The position numbers were made by a program, and so were the translations under genes. This document shows, one piece after another, positions 18,001 to 24,886 of a DNA stretch of 35,777 nucleotides. Origin of the DNA: a virus (lineage: Duplodnaviria > Caudoviricetes); IMG/VR virus record IMGVR_UViG_3300042366_000723, positions 1 to 35,777 of that record; one strand, written 5' to 3'. Every line of letters begins with the position of its first letter. Position 1 is the first letter of the stretch. The notes below the pieces were generated by a model. The model was not told the DNA's origin and did no database searches. It worked only from the letters and a program-made list of their open reading frames with translations.

Positions 18001-20707
18001 AGGCGACCGCAAGCAGGAGGTCGAGGACGCCAAGCGCCGCGTCCGCGAGCTGGAAAAGGAGGCCCGGAAGGAAGCCCGCGCCTGGGCGGACGAGGCCATG
18101 AAGGAGCGCAAGACCGTGGGCGGCGACCGGGCCGTCCTCCTCGGATTCCTCCGCACCCTCGACGCCATCACCCGTGCGCTCCCCGCCGAGGTGCGCGGGA
18201 AGATCGGCGGGTCCGTGGCGCTGGCCAAGTTGGTGACTCCGGCGGCCATGCTCGACGAGATCGAGAGCCGGGTCGAGCGCATCGACGTGGAGCTGGAGCG
18301 GTATCTGAAGAAGGAGGCCGACGACCGGCGAAAGGCGCTCTTTGAGACCGCCAAACCCAAGCGCGAGGCCGGGAAGAAACCGAAAGGCAAGGCGGGCGCT
18401 GACATCCACGACCTCTTCGACCGGCTCAAGGAGGCGCTCCTGTGGGACGGCGACCAGGCGGAGGCGTGGGCAACCATGCTCGAAGACCGGATCGGGAAGG
18501 GTGAACTCAGCGCCGAGGCCGAGGCTCACGCCAAGATCGAGGCCAACCTAGTCCGGCTCTTCTCGGATTGGAAGAACGCGGACGCAGCCCGGCGAACCGC
18601 CGCAGTCGATGCGGGGGAGGAAGTCTGGCGTGTTGGCTACCTGGCCGAGAAGGAGCGCATCGCCCAAGAGCGCGAACGGCGGGCGGAGGTCCGTGCGGAA
18701 ATCATCGCCGGGACCGGAAAACTCGGGAGCCGCCCCGAGCGGGTCGTGAAGGCCCAGCAGGATGCCGGTTTGTCCGGCCAGTGGAAGGAGTGGTTCCTCT
18801 CGCTCTTCAACTTCGAGCAGGTCGCCGGGTTCGCCATGGGAGCCGAATCGAAGTGGACCCTTTGGTTCTCCGACGCACAACGCGAGGCCGAGGCCAAGAA
18901 GCTCGACGAAGTGCAGGCCGTCCTCGACGGGCTTGACGAACTGTTCCGCGAACTCGGGGGCTCCCGTCTCGGCGGGGAGAAGCTCCAGTGGAAGCTGTCA
19001 CAACCCTCCTTCGAGACCAAGGCGGGCGGCAAGATGTCTGAACTCCAAGGCATCACCGCCCTGCTCATGTGGCGGCAGGAGGACGGGAAGCGGCACATGC
19101 GGGGCAAGCGTGATGAAAACGGGAAGATCGTTTCGGCCTGGTCCTACGACGAAACCTTCATCGCTGAGATCGAAAAGAACCTCTCGACCGAGGCGCTGGC
19201 GGTGATGGACTACCTCACCGATCAATACGCGGGGGAATACGAGACCCTCAACCCCATCTTCCGCGAACTCAACGGGATCAATCTCCCGCGAAACGACAAA
19301 TACTCCCCGCTCACCGTCAAGCCGCAGCAGGCTCCCGGCGGGCAGACGACCGACCCTGTGACCGGCTCGACCATGAGCAACGGAAGCATGACGCCGGGCA
19401 GCCTCCGCACGCGGGCGCAGGTCGTGGCCGAGCCCGACTTCCGCAATGCCGTCGAGGTCTTTGTCGGCCACAAGAAGCAGCTCGCCCATTGGAAAGCCTA
19501 CGCCGTGTTCTCCCGTGACGCGCAGGCGATCCTCGGCAACCGGGAGGTTGGCAACGCCATCGAGGCGGCAAGCGGACAGGAGGCGGCCAAGGTGTTGCGT
19601 TCGTGGCTCGACTTGTTTGCCCAGGGTGGCGTTCGCGATGCGGGCTCCCACCTGGCCCTGACGAAGGCGCTGGGAGCGGCCATGGGTCGCGCCTCTGCGG
19701 TGCAGCTTGTCGGTCGCCTCGGCACGCTCGCAATTCAGACGACGCAGCTCGGGGCGGCGGCGGCCAAGATGCCTGTCCGCGATTACATCGTCCGCCTCTC
19801 CAAGCTCCTCACCGGGAACCTCGGGTGGGGCGAGGCTCTCAACTCTCCCTACATTCAACGCCGTCTGGCCCTGATGCCCGCTTCGGTGCAGGTGGCAATG
19901 GAAGGTCTCCGGGCCGGGAAGCCCAACATGATCAAGCACGCCGCGCAACGCGTTGGCCAACTCCTTTCCGGGACTGACGCCCTCTTCACCGCCGGAACCT
20001 ATGCCATGGTGTTCGACTACCAGTTGACCAAGGCCACCAGGGCCGGGGTCGATCCCGTGACCGCCGCCGAGATCGCCCGCAACGAGGCCGAGCGAATCGT
20101 GGATGAAATCGCGCAGCCCACGCGGCAGGGGACGCGGAGCCTGTTCGAGGCCACCGCGACCAATCCACTGGGCCGGGTCGCCTGGGCGTTCGCGTCCGAG
20201 GCTCGGAAGAACATGGCCCTCGTCGCGTACACGGGCGGCAAGCGGCCCTCCGGCGACTTGGCCAGGGCGCTCCTCTACGTCATCGTCTTCAACGGCGTCC
20301 TTTCGGCGCTGATCCGAACGGCGTGGCGCGATCTTCGCGACGACGAGGAGGGCGAGGACGAGTGGGGTATGCGCCGCATCCTTCTCAGCGTGGCGTCGGA
20401 ACCGCTCTACGGGTTCCCCGGCTTCGGGGAAATCGCGCAGGACGCAATCTTCGCCGCCGCCGGGGAATGGAAACCCAGCGGCTCCATCCTCGACGCGCCC
20501 GTCAAGGCTCCTCCAGCCATCGTGCGAGCGCCGGAAAACTTTGGCATGGTGCTGGAAGGGGACTTTGAACAGCCGCTCCGCGACCTCGAAACCATTCTCA
20601 TGGCGGGCGGACTGTTCAACGACACCGTCGCCGGTCTCGCCTCCTTCTCTCACGTCCTCCGCGATGCGGAATCCCTCATCCGAAACTTCATTCCCAACAC
20701 CCCATGA
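12071..20707 (+). CDS. Giant internal virion/polyvalent protein (~2880 aa) with ART-like and HhH-GPD-like central domains
   Basis: Start probably ATG 12071 (TGATG coupling) rather than GTG 12029; occupies the gp16 position; central HGT..GEGAQAYGWGLYF..GIPGIRYLD..NYVIFD domain and GIKNKV..VIMDRW domain. Confidence 0.85.
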   Translation: MPIPEQDALRAIAVAKANPNDPAVIAKAQALTRAYQAQQEAAGLSMFPEQERRRDEQASTLRSFFTEPNHGLDEDTLVSLNENFRESPDEKFKLFNRKWFEAAGVPRERVEREADELMKIYSEREWGTPSTTHKHFFDRIARDYQTREEVANAAKETSLQNLGVLRSELAFKERFRENSSYVGREQKWDKEFQSLKDRFDQKLAPHRSTVKLLSAALMTKEGVDVEDPTTMDEALAQRREIDNAASYRELAEMVMMVPAEDRKLVIAAAVAASANDEAGRKSVMEGLVEKFDRGLRGGMDSVVSIGERSQAIAVERAIAEGVEVPAEKAGTPEEYMEAVLQRVAGGDAYEVRAGVMKAVAGADFDKPSDEVKDQALAMIRENKDAIDLRDELRLAAENDIDPVTSEFLPVRGLYAAAESVPYMMTSMARGGWAINAMALAGDSYRSLRAANPTMTAEQAQTLSMLSGPFQAFIEKGQTTLALGQFKAVNRFFNQITRTKGAVASRFLTRTAATAGLEMVQENVQDLTPFVLQGLLSALDEDMPEVPWGPVYGDLLKQQPELFFAVLPLAVIGGGAGTYSDFKGGAELLTSYDLLRATGLSEAAASEVRALASQGNVEGAQTLLRQEFKTLGQDQKSVQEARAEAIPRMIAEREAMQQALNEAGELDILPAILREGEKYTLRYSGGEAVQYDSHAEAFARFEAVASSAVAALHEDMITAARMTTSQIERGREVKFIVSPLRPTTEDMEAQGVATGEDMAQRMEISEADKALTPKTEERKAKAMAGMVANSPEARTAVNYILGSATTSEAAPDSFGDRVVRNTVRLYQGATPFTLFEETAEGDAKFMIRELGLRRWMIGALRQWEATSGDTLFRASIKEESQIKDQDIVEAYSKMVQGYLAGRSKSGDQGRVFSSRFRKSIADALRGDFGAVLTGYASLFEAVYRRAAMIEKARRDKTFDGDLETFLAKSTGMSEQRLFERDVQREGSAIAQDLSGNPDFSSGEGTETTFSVIEPGQGFKQTAMPDGMVLQGPATFSVLAHHGTPHKVDRFRLDKIGTGEGAQAYGWGLYFAEAIKVAIGYRDSLSDPGNVPLHFDGRPLNTPWTSEIRERWSDYYKNLSESDADAMDELLSNLSQADDISSVSDALGFVSGRAKSLYTKIVKLKLEKPEIGPGNLYTVELLPDEGDFLDWDKPLSEQSEKVKAAIQKVIGPDEEMTEYMKRRGGTGGYLYGALATQWNAEIDKGKSASAELLRVGIPGIRYLDGNSRADGTGTYNYVIFDESLVRILEENGQPVEQQGGETTFSVRVSATGVKPPKGVKAKVSDALPIWSIPNTKGKSLGKKLTTKKNREKVFASIDNALTWLRGDPSRIATPSGWVNYLKKSGVYGDVMMPPTGIGQLFEDPKGYVEKLNGAYHGDLTIPGTQQSAQEGLNSTKTMRDLIGEGQAPHVWVTALHHLWGILSRMLPPIHQEGMWIRLISSKPVLAAIQSSIDGNFKMTVKQWKKVVQGARLETPGAGKIGNAATANANSFYLMLSRLNGRWEDLANVYAAPSAQEMGRRFWSLDAGSLGIKNKVQRFIGLTYGIPGVIMDRWKFVEFWLPTAIRGTGAESPMDYFAYSNGVPEDPLGIYGVYGGIDSGNEALSLAMYEGMELALQSAIDASPELTAALGSHANPGGLHWAGWNAIKNEAVGHSSLDFTADLIRNFGMDITADSVYSQARNGVYYTEGADTSKTNAKLILDHGSIKLERTSISGGLQQRRAGILGRGTGVGNGKSGEGTARGSQRRGGVDTTFSLLPDASNLDSEFARMFSPFQRSPELRAKLGMEMRRRVADQVTKLRPILRANRTKASIEAERKRRQDEIFTEKLDTLSAGEIQALANENLLEDNSLTPILAELLRQKTYKTKSGKRVRYWTGSLMSKSEANRRGYDTTGGEWDAVPEGLPPYVYGGSITPDEAATMFDFETPEAFFDALASEIQSRGDRKQEVEDAKRRVRELEKEARKEARAWADEAMKERKTVGGDRAVLLGFLRTLDAITRALPAEVRGKIGGSVALAKLVTPAAMLDEIESRVERIDVELERYLKKEADDRRKALFETAKPKREAGKKPKGKAGADIHDLFDRLKEALLWDGDQAEAWATMLEDRIGKGELSAEAEAHAKIEANLVRLFSDWKNADAARRTAAVDAGEEVWRVGYLAEKERIAQERERRAEVRAEIIAGTGKLGSRPERVVKAQQDAGLSGQWKEWFLSLFNFEQVAGFAMGAESKWTLWFSDAQREAEAKKLDEVQAVLDGLDELFRELGGSRLGGEKLQWKLSQPSFETKAGGKMSELQGITALLMWRQEDGKRHMRGKRDENGKIVSAWSYDETFIAEIEKNLSTEALAVMDYLTDQYAGEYETLNPIFRELNGINLPRNDKYSPLTVKPQQAPGGQTTDPVTGSTMSNGSMTPGSLRTRAQVVAEPDFRNAVEVFVGHKKQLAHWKAYAVFSRDAQAILGNREVGNAIEAASGQEAAKVLRSWLDLFAQGGVRDAGSHLALTKALGAAMGRASAVQLVGRLGTLAIQTTQLGAAAAKMPVRDYIVRLSKLLTGNLGWGEALNSPYIQRRLALMPASVQVAMEGLRAGKPNMIKHAAQRVGQLLSGTDALFTAGTYAMVFDYQLTKATRAGVDPVTAAEIARNEAERIVDEIAQPTRQGTRSLFEATATNPLGRVAWAFASEARKNMALVAYTGGKRPSGDLARALLYVIVFNGVLSALIRTAWRDLRDDEEGEDEWGMRRILLSVASEPLYGFPGFGEIAQDAIFAAAGEWKPSGSILDAPVKAPPAIVRAPENFGMVLEGDFEQPLRDLETILMAGGLFNDTVAGLASFSHVLRDAESLIRNFIPNTP
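15082..17449 (+). repeat. Dispersed in-frame TFS(V/L) boxes
   Basis: GGAGACGACGTTCTCGGTGA exact at 15082-15101 and 15964-15983; 14-nt core CGACGTTCTCGGTG at 15165-15178; diverged DTTFSL at 17432-17449. Confidence 0.85.
17289..17432 (+). CDS. Candidate overprinted 47-aa acidic protein (+1 frame inside the giant gene)
   Basis: ATG..TAG; MAASSSKGPAFPGDFSNDAPEFSDEELELEMEKAERELLGEVNDEEE; 16 D/E against 3 K/R; main frame here is forced into GGA/CGA codons. Confidence 0.55.
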   Translation: MAASSSKGPAFPGDFSNDAPEFSDEELELEMEKAERELLGEVNDEEE

Positions 20708-21129
20708 TCAACCAAACCACCAGCTCCCTTACGTTCGACGGAAACAACTCGACGGTCACCGCCTACCAGCTCCCAAACTTCCCTCTGGCCGACGCAGCTC
20801 ACCTGGTCGTCACCGTCACAACCAACGCGGGCGCGACGACGACCCTCAACAGCAACCAGTTCACGTTCACTGCCACGGTGGACGGCAACGGCAGGATCAC
20901 CGGGGGATCGGCCACGACAGCCGCCGCCGTGGCGACAAGCTCCAAGATCAGGTTCAAGCGGGTCACTCCCCGCACCCAGACGGTCAACCTGGTCCAGGGC
21001 TCGCGGCTCTCCGCCGAGGCGCTGGAGTCCGGGCTCGACCGAATCGTGCTGATCCTTCAAGAAATCGAGAGGGACTACCTCGACGCTGATGTCGTGCTCG
21101 ACGCCCGCCTCGACGCTCTCGAAGCGTAA
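20704..21129 (+). CDS. T7 gp17-like tail fibre N-terminal anchor only (stub)
   Basis: FDGN.S...Y..PNFP, LVVTV, R.TP.TQ.....G.RL.AE.LE..LDR...ILQE motifs; stops at 141 aa after a short coiled coil. Confidence 0.75.
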   Translation: MINQTTSSLTFDGNNSTVTAYQLPNFPLADAAHLVVTVTTNAGATTTLNSNQFTFTATVDGNGRITGGSATTAAAVATSSKIRFKRVTPRTQTVNLVQGSRLSAEALESGLDRIVLILQEIERDYLDADVVLDARLDALEA

Positions 21130-21135
21130 GGTTTC

Positions 21136-21179
21136 GCGAAAAAGTTACGCTTGACGGCTCGGGCTTTGACGCAAAGCCC
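21136..21179 (+). promoter_or_regulatory. Conserved putative late promoter/operator, copy 1 (upstream of lysis genes)
   Basis: GCGAAAAA..CGCTTG-N10-CTTTGACGCAAAGCCC; palindrome GGGCTTTG-ACG-CAAAGCCC; second copy at 33837-33878. Confidence 0.65.
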
Positions 21180-21185
21180 TGCCTT

Positions 21186-21359
21186 ATGCAAGCACCCATT
21201 GTCTTCGGTCTGGTTCGTCACGTCCTCACCCTCGTCGCCGGGGCTCTTGCCTCGAAGGGGGCCATCGCCGCCAACGAGCAGGAAGTCCTCATCGGCTCCA
21301 TACTCGGCCTCGGCGGGATCCTTTGGTCGATCTTCGACAAAAAGAAGCGCCGGGGATGA
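21186..21359 (+). CDS. Putative holin (57 aa, not in ORF track)
   Basis: MQAPIVFGLVRHVLTLVAGALASKGAIAANEQEVLIGSILGLGGILWSIFDKKKRRG*: two hydrophobic segments, basic tail, ATGA overlap with endolysin. Confidence 0.8.
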   Translation: MQAPIVFGLVRHVLTLVAGALASKGAIAANEQEVLIGSILGLGGILWSIFDKKKRRG

Positions 21360-21922
21360 CCGCCGGTCTGGCCATCGTCAACTTGGAGGCTCGCCGGGAC
21401 AAGGACGGTTTCCCGATCCTCTACGAACTGCCCGCCAACGACGGCGGCGGGCGCTTTGAAATCGCCGGGATCAACGAGCGTTTCCACCCGGAGGCACTGG
21501 AGCGAATCAAGGCAGCCCCGCCGAAGGAGCGCGAGGCGCTGTGTGCGGAATACATCGAGGAGTGGACTCTCAAGGGAACTGGCCTCGACCGGATCGACCT
21601 TTCTCCCGGAGTCCGGTTCTACGTCCTCGACACAACCTTCAACCGTGGCCCCGGCGGCTCCGCGTGGATCGTGCAACAGGCGCTTCGACGGCTGGCGATC
21701 CACGTTCTGATCGACTCTCAATGGGGGCCGCGCACCAGGGCCGCTCTGGAGGCCGCAGATGGAAAGGGACCGAATCGCCTGCTCACGACCCTCCGGCAGA
21801 TGCGGGAACTCTACGAGCAGGAGAAGGTGGGCGTGCGGACCAACCTCTGGAGGGGTCTCGTCAACCGATGGGACCGGGCCATGATGATCGGTCGCGAGAT
21901 GAACCAGGAGGGGAAGGCATGA
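21356..21922 (+). CDS. Endolysin, glycoside hydrolase 108-like
   Basis: E..DGGG..EIAGI, DTTFNRGPG, D.QWGP.T and C-terminal GLVNRW motifs; start probably ATG 21356. Confidence 0.78.
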   Translation: MTAGLAIVNLEARRDKDGFPILYELPANDGGGRFEIAGINERFHPEALERIKAAPPKEREALCAEYIEEWTLKGTGLDRIDLSPGVRFYVLDTTFNRGPGGSAWIVQQALRRLAIHVLIDSQWGPRTRAALEAADGKGPNRLLTTLRQMRELYEQEKVGVRTNLWRGLVNRWDRAMMIGREMNQEGKA

Positions 21923-22014
21923 TTCCCGACATGATTTTCGGGTCTCTGTGGTTCGCGTTTTCGCTCGCCATCGCGGTGGGCATCGCCCTCGGCATCAGCG
22001 CCTACGACCCATGA
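21919..22014 (+). CDS. Small hydrophobic peptide (31 aa)
   Basis: MIPDMIFGSLWFAFSLAIAVGIALGISAYDP*, ATGA-coupled at both ends. Confidence 0.55.
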   Translation: MIPDMIFGSLWFAFSLAIAVGIALGISAYDP

Positions 22015-22283
22015 GAAGGACGGCGCCCCTGCCCGACGACATCTGCATGTGCATCCCCAGCCTCGGGCGTGTCTGCGTCTGGTGCGAGCGGAGGGCGGCC
22101 AACCCGCCGGAGACGGTTGAGGAGGTTGACGGGCTGACCGAAGAGGGTCCGCTAGCAGGGCTCGGCTACCGGGGAGCGGACCAGGACGGCTACGACGGGG
22201 AGGAGTGGGTCACGCCCGAGGAGCATAACGCCGGGAACCTCGTCGAGGCGATCAGGGTGCTGTTTGAGGCCGAGGAGATATAG
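22011..22283 (+). CDS. Hypothetical acidic protein with CxC..CxxC motif (90 aa)
   Basis: ATG 22011 coupled to previous stop; CMC...CVWC; converges on and overlaps the integrase 3' end. Confidence 0.6.
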   Translation: MRRTAPLPDDICMCIPSLGRVCVWCERRAANPPETVEEVDGLTEEGPLAGLGYRGADQDGYDGEEWVTPEEHNAGNLVEAIRVLFEAEEI

Positions 22284-23436
22284 CGGGAGCGATCCTGCAA
22301 AACCTCCCCGCCTCATCCCGACTGACGAGCTTGGCAACGTAGCTCCGGTAAAGTTGGGCCGCGTTGGTGTGCCGGGACCAGTTGGCGACTTTCGCCGCGT
22401 CACCATGCAGGGACATGAGCATGGTGCAGAAGGTGTGGCGCATCGCGTTCTGGGGCCATTCCGGGATCCCGAGCTTGGGGAAGTCTTTTTGACGCATCGC
22501 CTCGACTGTGACATTGCCGGGGACGCGGATCTTTCCGGTTCCGGGGTACGCTTGAAGCCATTGCCAGAGGCTCGCGGGTAGGTCATGCAGCGCCCAATCG
22601 TCGCCCGTTTTCACAACCCGCTTTCCCTCGGACCAGCCCGGCAGGGTGATTGTCTTGGCGTCGAGGTCGATCCACTCCCATCGGAGTCTGCCCACCTCCG
22701 CCCGCCGGATCCCGGCGAAGAGCTGGAGCGCGTGCCAGGGGATGTACTTCGGGCGCTCCATTTCGAGGTAGAGCATCATGGCCGCGCACTGGTCCACCGA
22801 CAAGACACCCTTGGCCTTCGGTCTCGCGGCGGGAAGGTCTGCCTCATGGATCGCATCGCCCGGCGAGACGGTGATCAGGTTCCTTCGCTTGCACCAGTTG
22901 AAGAAAGCCCGAAGGCTCCCGGCGTAGTTCCGCACCGTCCTCGGCTCGAAGCGGAGTTCGCGGAGCCAATCGAGGAGGTCATTGCCTGAGATGGCGGCCA
23001 CCTCGCGGGAGGCGAAGCAGGAAGCGAAGGTCTCAACGTGCTGAGTGAGGGCGGCCATGTGGCGAACCGACAGCCCCTTCCCTTTCTGAGCCTCCAGAAA
23101 CGCGCTGGCGGCCTCGGGAAGGGTGGCGCTGTCCTGACCCTCCGGGTGGTGCGCTCGCCAAAATGCGGCCACCTGACGAAGGTCTTCGCCGCCGGCGATC
23201 CGCTTCGCCTCCCGGAACTCCGCGTGATCCTCGGGGGAGTAGTCGCCGGACCCGGAGCCGAATCGTTTCACCCGGTGGCAGTGCTTCGACCAGGCAGTGA
23301 GGGCGTCCTTCTCAGTTTCGTAGAAGGTCCGTTTCCGCTTGCCGTTTGAGTGGGTGGTCAACTGCCACCGGTCCCGGTCGGGGAGGTAAACGATGGGGAC
23401 GGTTCCGGCTCTCGTTCGTTGTGGATTTGCGGGCAT
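22252..23436 (-). CDS. int: Tyrosine integrase
   Basis: LFAGIRRAEV (R), VKTG (K), NAMRHTF (HxxR variant), WSRHTN (H), YRSY (Y); N-terminal arm-binding-like region; adjacent attP. Confidence 0.93.
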   Translation of the reverse strand: MPANPQRTRAGTVPIVYLPDRDRWQLTTHSNGKRKRTFYETEKDALTAWSKHCHRVKRFGSGSGDYSPEDHAEFREAKRIAGGEDLRQVAAFWRAHHPEGQDSATLPEAASAFLEAQKGKGLSVRHMAALTQHVETFASCFASREVAAISGNDLLDWLRELRFEPRTVRNYAGSLRAFFNWCKRRNLITVSPGDAIHEADLPAARPKAKGVLSVDQCAAMMLYLEMERPKYIPWHALQLFAGIRRAEVGRLRWEWIDLDAKTITLPGWSEGKRVVKTGDDWALHDLPASLWQWLQAYPGTGKIRVPGNVTVEAMRQKDFPKLGIPEWPQNAMRHTFCTMLMSLHGDAAKVANWSRHTNAAQLYRSYVAKLVSRDEAGRFCRIAPAISPRPQTAP

Positions 23437-23450
23437 TCTTGTTCCCCAGA

Positions 23451-23490
23451 GTGGCAGTTCGGTGGCGGTTCAGTGGCGGTTCAGTGGCAC
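23451..23490 (+). repeat. attP arm-type sites, left (11-bp direct repeats)
   Basis: GTGGCAGTTCG, GTGGCGGTTCA, GTGGCGGTTCA, GTGGCAC in tandem. Confidence 0.8.
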
Positions 23491-23561
23491 AAGAATACCC
23501 TATTTTGCACAACCTGAGAAGCTGGAACCCTTATTCTACCGTGGTTTCGGGGTCCGAAAAA

Positions 23562-23584
23562 GTGGAGGTGAGGGGAGTCGAACC
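23562..23584 (-). other. attP core: 3' fragment of tmRNA (ssrA) or an Ala-type acceptor RNA
   Basis: Minus strand GGTTCGACTCCCCTCACCTCCAC = T loop, 3' T stem, acceptor strand CACCTCC and discriminator A; the 5' part of the RNA is absent. Confidence 0.8.
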
Positions 23585-23634
23585 TGTGTGCAGATTGAGC
23601 AACCGCAAGGGTTCCGGGCTCTTTTTTTTGAGAA

Positions 23635-23656
23635 GTGGCGGTTCGGTGGCGGTTCG
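23635..23656 (+). repeat. attP arm-type sites, right
   Basis: GTGGCGGTTCG x2, same motif as the left array. Confidence 0.8.
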
Positions 23657-23747
23657 GTTTTTTGAGGCCATTGGCACTGCCGTTTTCCGGCTCCTCACAG
23701 ATCGCTCTTGACGCTGTTCACGCGTTCAGTATTTTTACGCATGGCGA

Positions 23748-23939
23748 TCACTTCTCTTCGCTGTTCCCTGACTTGGTCCCTCGGGTGACCAGACCCTGGC
23801 AGTTCTTTGCGAACCAGGCCAGAAAGTCGGTCCTGGTCGCGAAGCCTCTGCGCTTCGCATCGGCATCGAGCCGGTCGAAGTCGTCCGGTTCTAAGTAGCC
23901 TCCCCACAGGCGCTTGCCCTCTTTCCTCTGCGCTGGCAT
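23748..23939 (-). CDS. Putative ribbon-helix-helix repressor (63 aa)
   Basis: KRLWGGYLEPDDFDRLDADAKRRGFATRTDFL strand-helix-helix pattern; co-oriented with int; divergent from the early operon. Confidence 0.65.
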   Translation of the reverse strand: MPAQRKEGKRLWGGYLEPDDFDRLDADAKRRGFATRTDFLAWFAKNCQGLVTRGTKSGNSEEK

Positions 23940-24047
23940 CCAAGGGTGTTTAACATTTTTTTCAAGAATAGCAATTTTTCTGTTGCGGTGTTTAACACCC
24001 GGTGTTTAATACCGCGCTTTGAAACAATCACTCAACATTAACAATCA
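23940..24047. promoter_or_regulatory. Divergent promoter region with three operators
   Basis: AT-rich; GGTGTTTAACATT 23945-23957, GGTGTTTAACACC 23987-23999, GGTGTTTAATACC 24001-24013; leftward TTGCTA-N16-TAAACA, rightward TTGCGG-N16-TTTAAT. Confidence 0.8.
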
Positions 24048-24224
24048 ATGATCCTGAACTTTGAAATCGACGATCACCACGGCGAGCGGCTCGACGAGCT
24101 GGCACGTCGGGAGCGCCGCAGTCGTCGGGCGCAAGCGACGAAGCTGTTCCTCGACGCGCTGGAACTGGTCGTGTCTGACGAGCTGGAAAGCGACCGCGAA
24201 CCCCAACCCGAGGAGGCCCAATGA
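24048..24224 (+). CDS. Putative Arc/CopG-like ribbon-helix-helix protein (58 aa, not in ORF track)
   Basis: MILNFEIDDHHGERLDELARRERRSRRAQATKLFLDALELVVSDELESDREPQPEEAQ*; ATGA-coupled to the next gene. Confidence 0.75.
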   Translation: MILNFEIDDHHGERLDELARRERRSRRAQATKLFLDALELVVSDELESDREPQPEEAQ

Positions 24225-24427
24225 ACCCTCACGCCTCCCTCATCCTCGACATGCCCGTTCGTCGGGCAATCGGGACTCCTCTCAAGTTCCGCTCTCGCAC
24301 GACTCTTCGGACCCGGTCCGGTCGCATCGTTCGCGTCTCTGGCGAGGGGGTGCGGGTGGTGGGCCGCAAGCGGGTGTCCTCGTTCGTGCCGTGGGACGCA
24401 ATCCTTGAAGTGGGAGGTGCCGCATGA
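24221..24427 (+). CDS. Hypothetical basic protein
   Basis: 68 aa, ATGA-coupled at both ends. Confidence 0.65.
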   Translation: MNPHASLILDMPVRRAIGTPLKFRSRTTLRTRSGRIVRVSGEGVRVVGRKRVSSFVPWDAILEVGGAA

Positions 24428-24660
24428 CCATCTGGGTTCCGCGCTACCTCACCAACGACGGCGAATCCTTCCTGGGCGTCGGTCATTTCCCGACCCGCTC
24501 AAAGTGCATGGAGTTCGCGAGGCACATTGCCAGCAAGCCATGCTCCCGGATCGTCAACTACAAAGCGATGAAGTTCACCCTTGAGCCCGAGACCCATGTG
24601 GTCGCGTGGCCCAAAACGGGCAGCCTCATCGGTGAACTGATCGGAGGCCACGATGAGTGA
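24424..24660 (+). CDS. Hypothetical protein
   Basis: 78 aa, GGAGG upstream, coupled to neighbours. Confidence 0.65.
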   Translation: MTIWVPRYLTNDGESFLGVGHFPTRSKCMEFARHIASKPCSRIVNYKAMKFTLEPETHVVAWPKTGSLIGELIGGHDE

Positions 24661-24886
24661 CTCGGAAATCATCGAGCGCCTCGACCGCATCGAGGCGGCT
24701 GTCACGGTGTCAACCTCGCCGTGGCTGCGAGGCGACAACGAGGCTGCGCGTTGGGCGGGATACAAGAGCCGGAAGGCTTTCCGCGCCTGGGCCAAGGAGG
24801 CCGGGATCCGCCCGAGCGTCGATTCCGGCATGAACTTCTGGGCCAAGCGCGACATCGAGCGTGCGAGGGAAAGGAGCAGGGCATGA
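24653..24886 (+). CDS. Excisionase-like winged HTH protein
   Basis: SPWL...EAARWAGYKS..AFRAW...GI.P......FW...DIE pattern; early operon near attP. Confidence 0.65.
   Translation: MSDSEIIERLDRIEAAVTVSTSPWLRGDNEAARWAGYKSRKAFRAWAKEAGIRPSVDSGMNFWAKRDIERARERSRA

Noticed and set aside
17110-18345. 411-aa alternative-frame ORF inside the giant gene
   Set aside because: R/P/G-rich composition typical of off-frame reading of GC-rich DNA, unlike the acidic 17289..17432 ORF
22252-23436. Integrase as an integron integrase (IntI)
   Set aside because: It has an N-terminal arm-binding-like extension and adjacent attP, shows no recognisable IntI-specific insertion, and lies about 8 kb from the attC sites
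23562-23640. Complete tRNA or tmRNA gene on the minus strand
   Set aside because: Only the T loop and 3' acceptor strand are present; upstream sequence cannot form the full T stem or other arms
23451-23656. GTGGCGGTTC(A/G) repeats as a CRISPR array
   Set aside because: Units are 11 bp, contiguous and spacer-less; their position around the att core fits integrase arm sites
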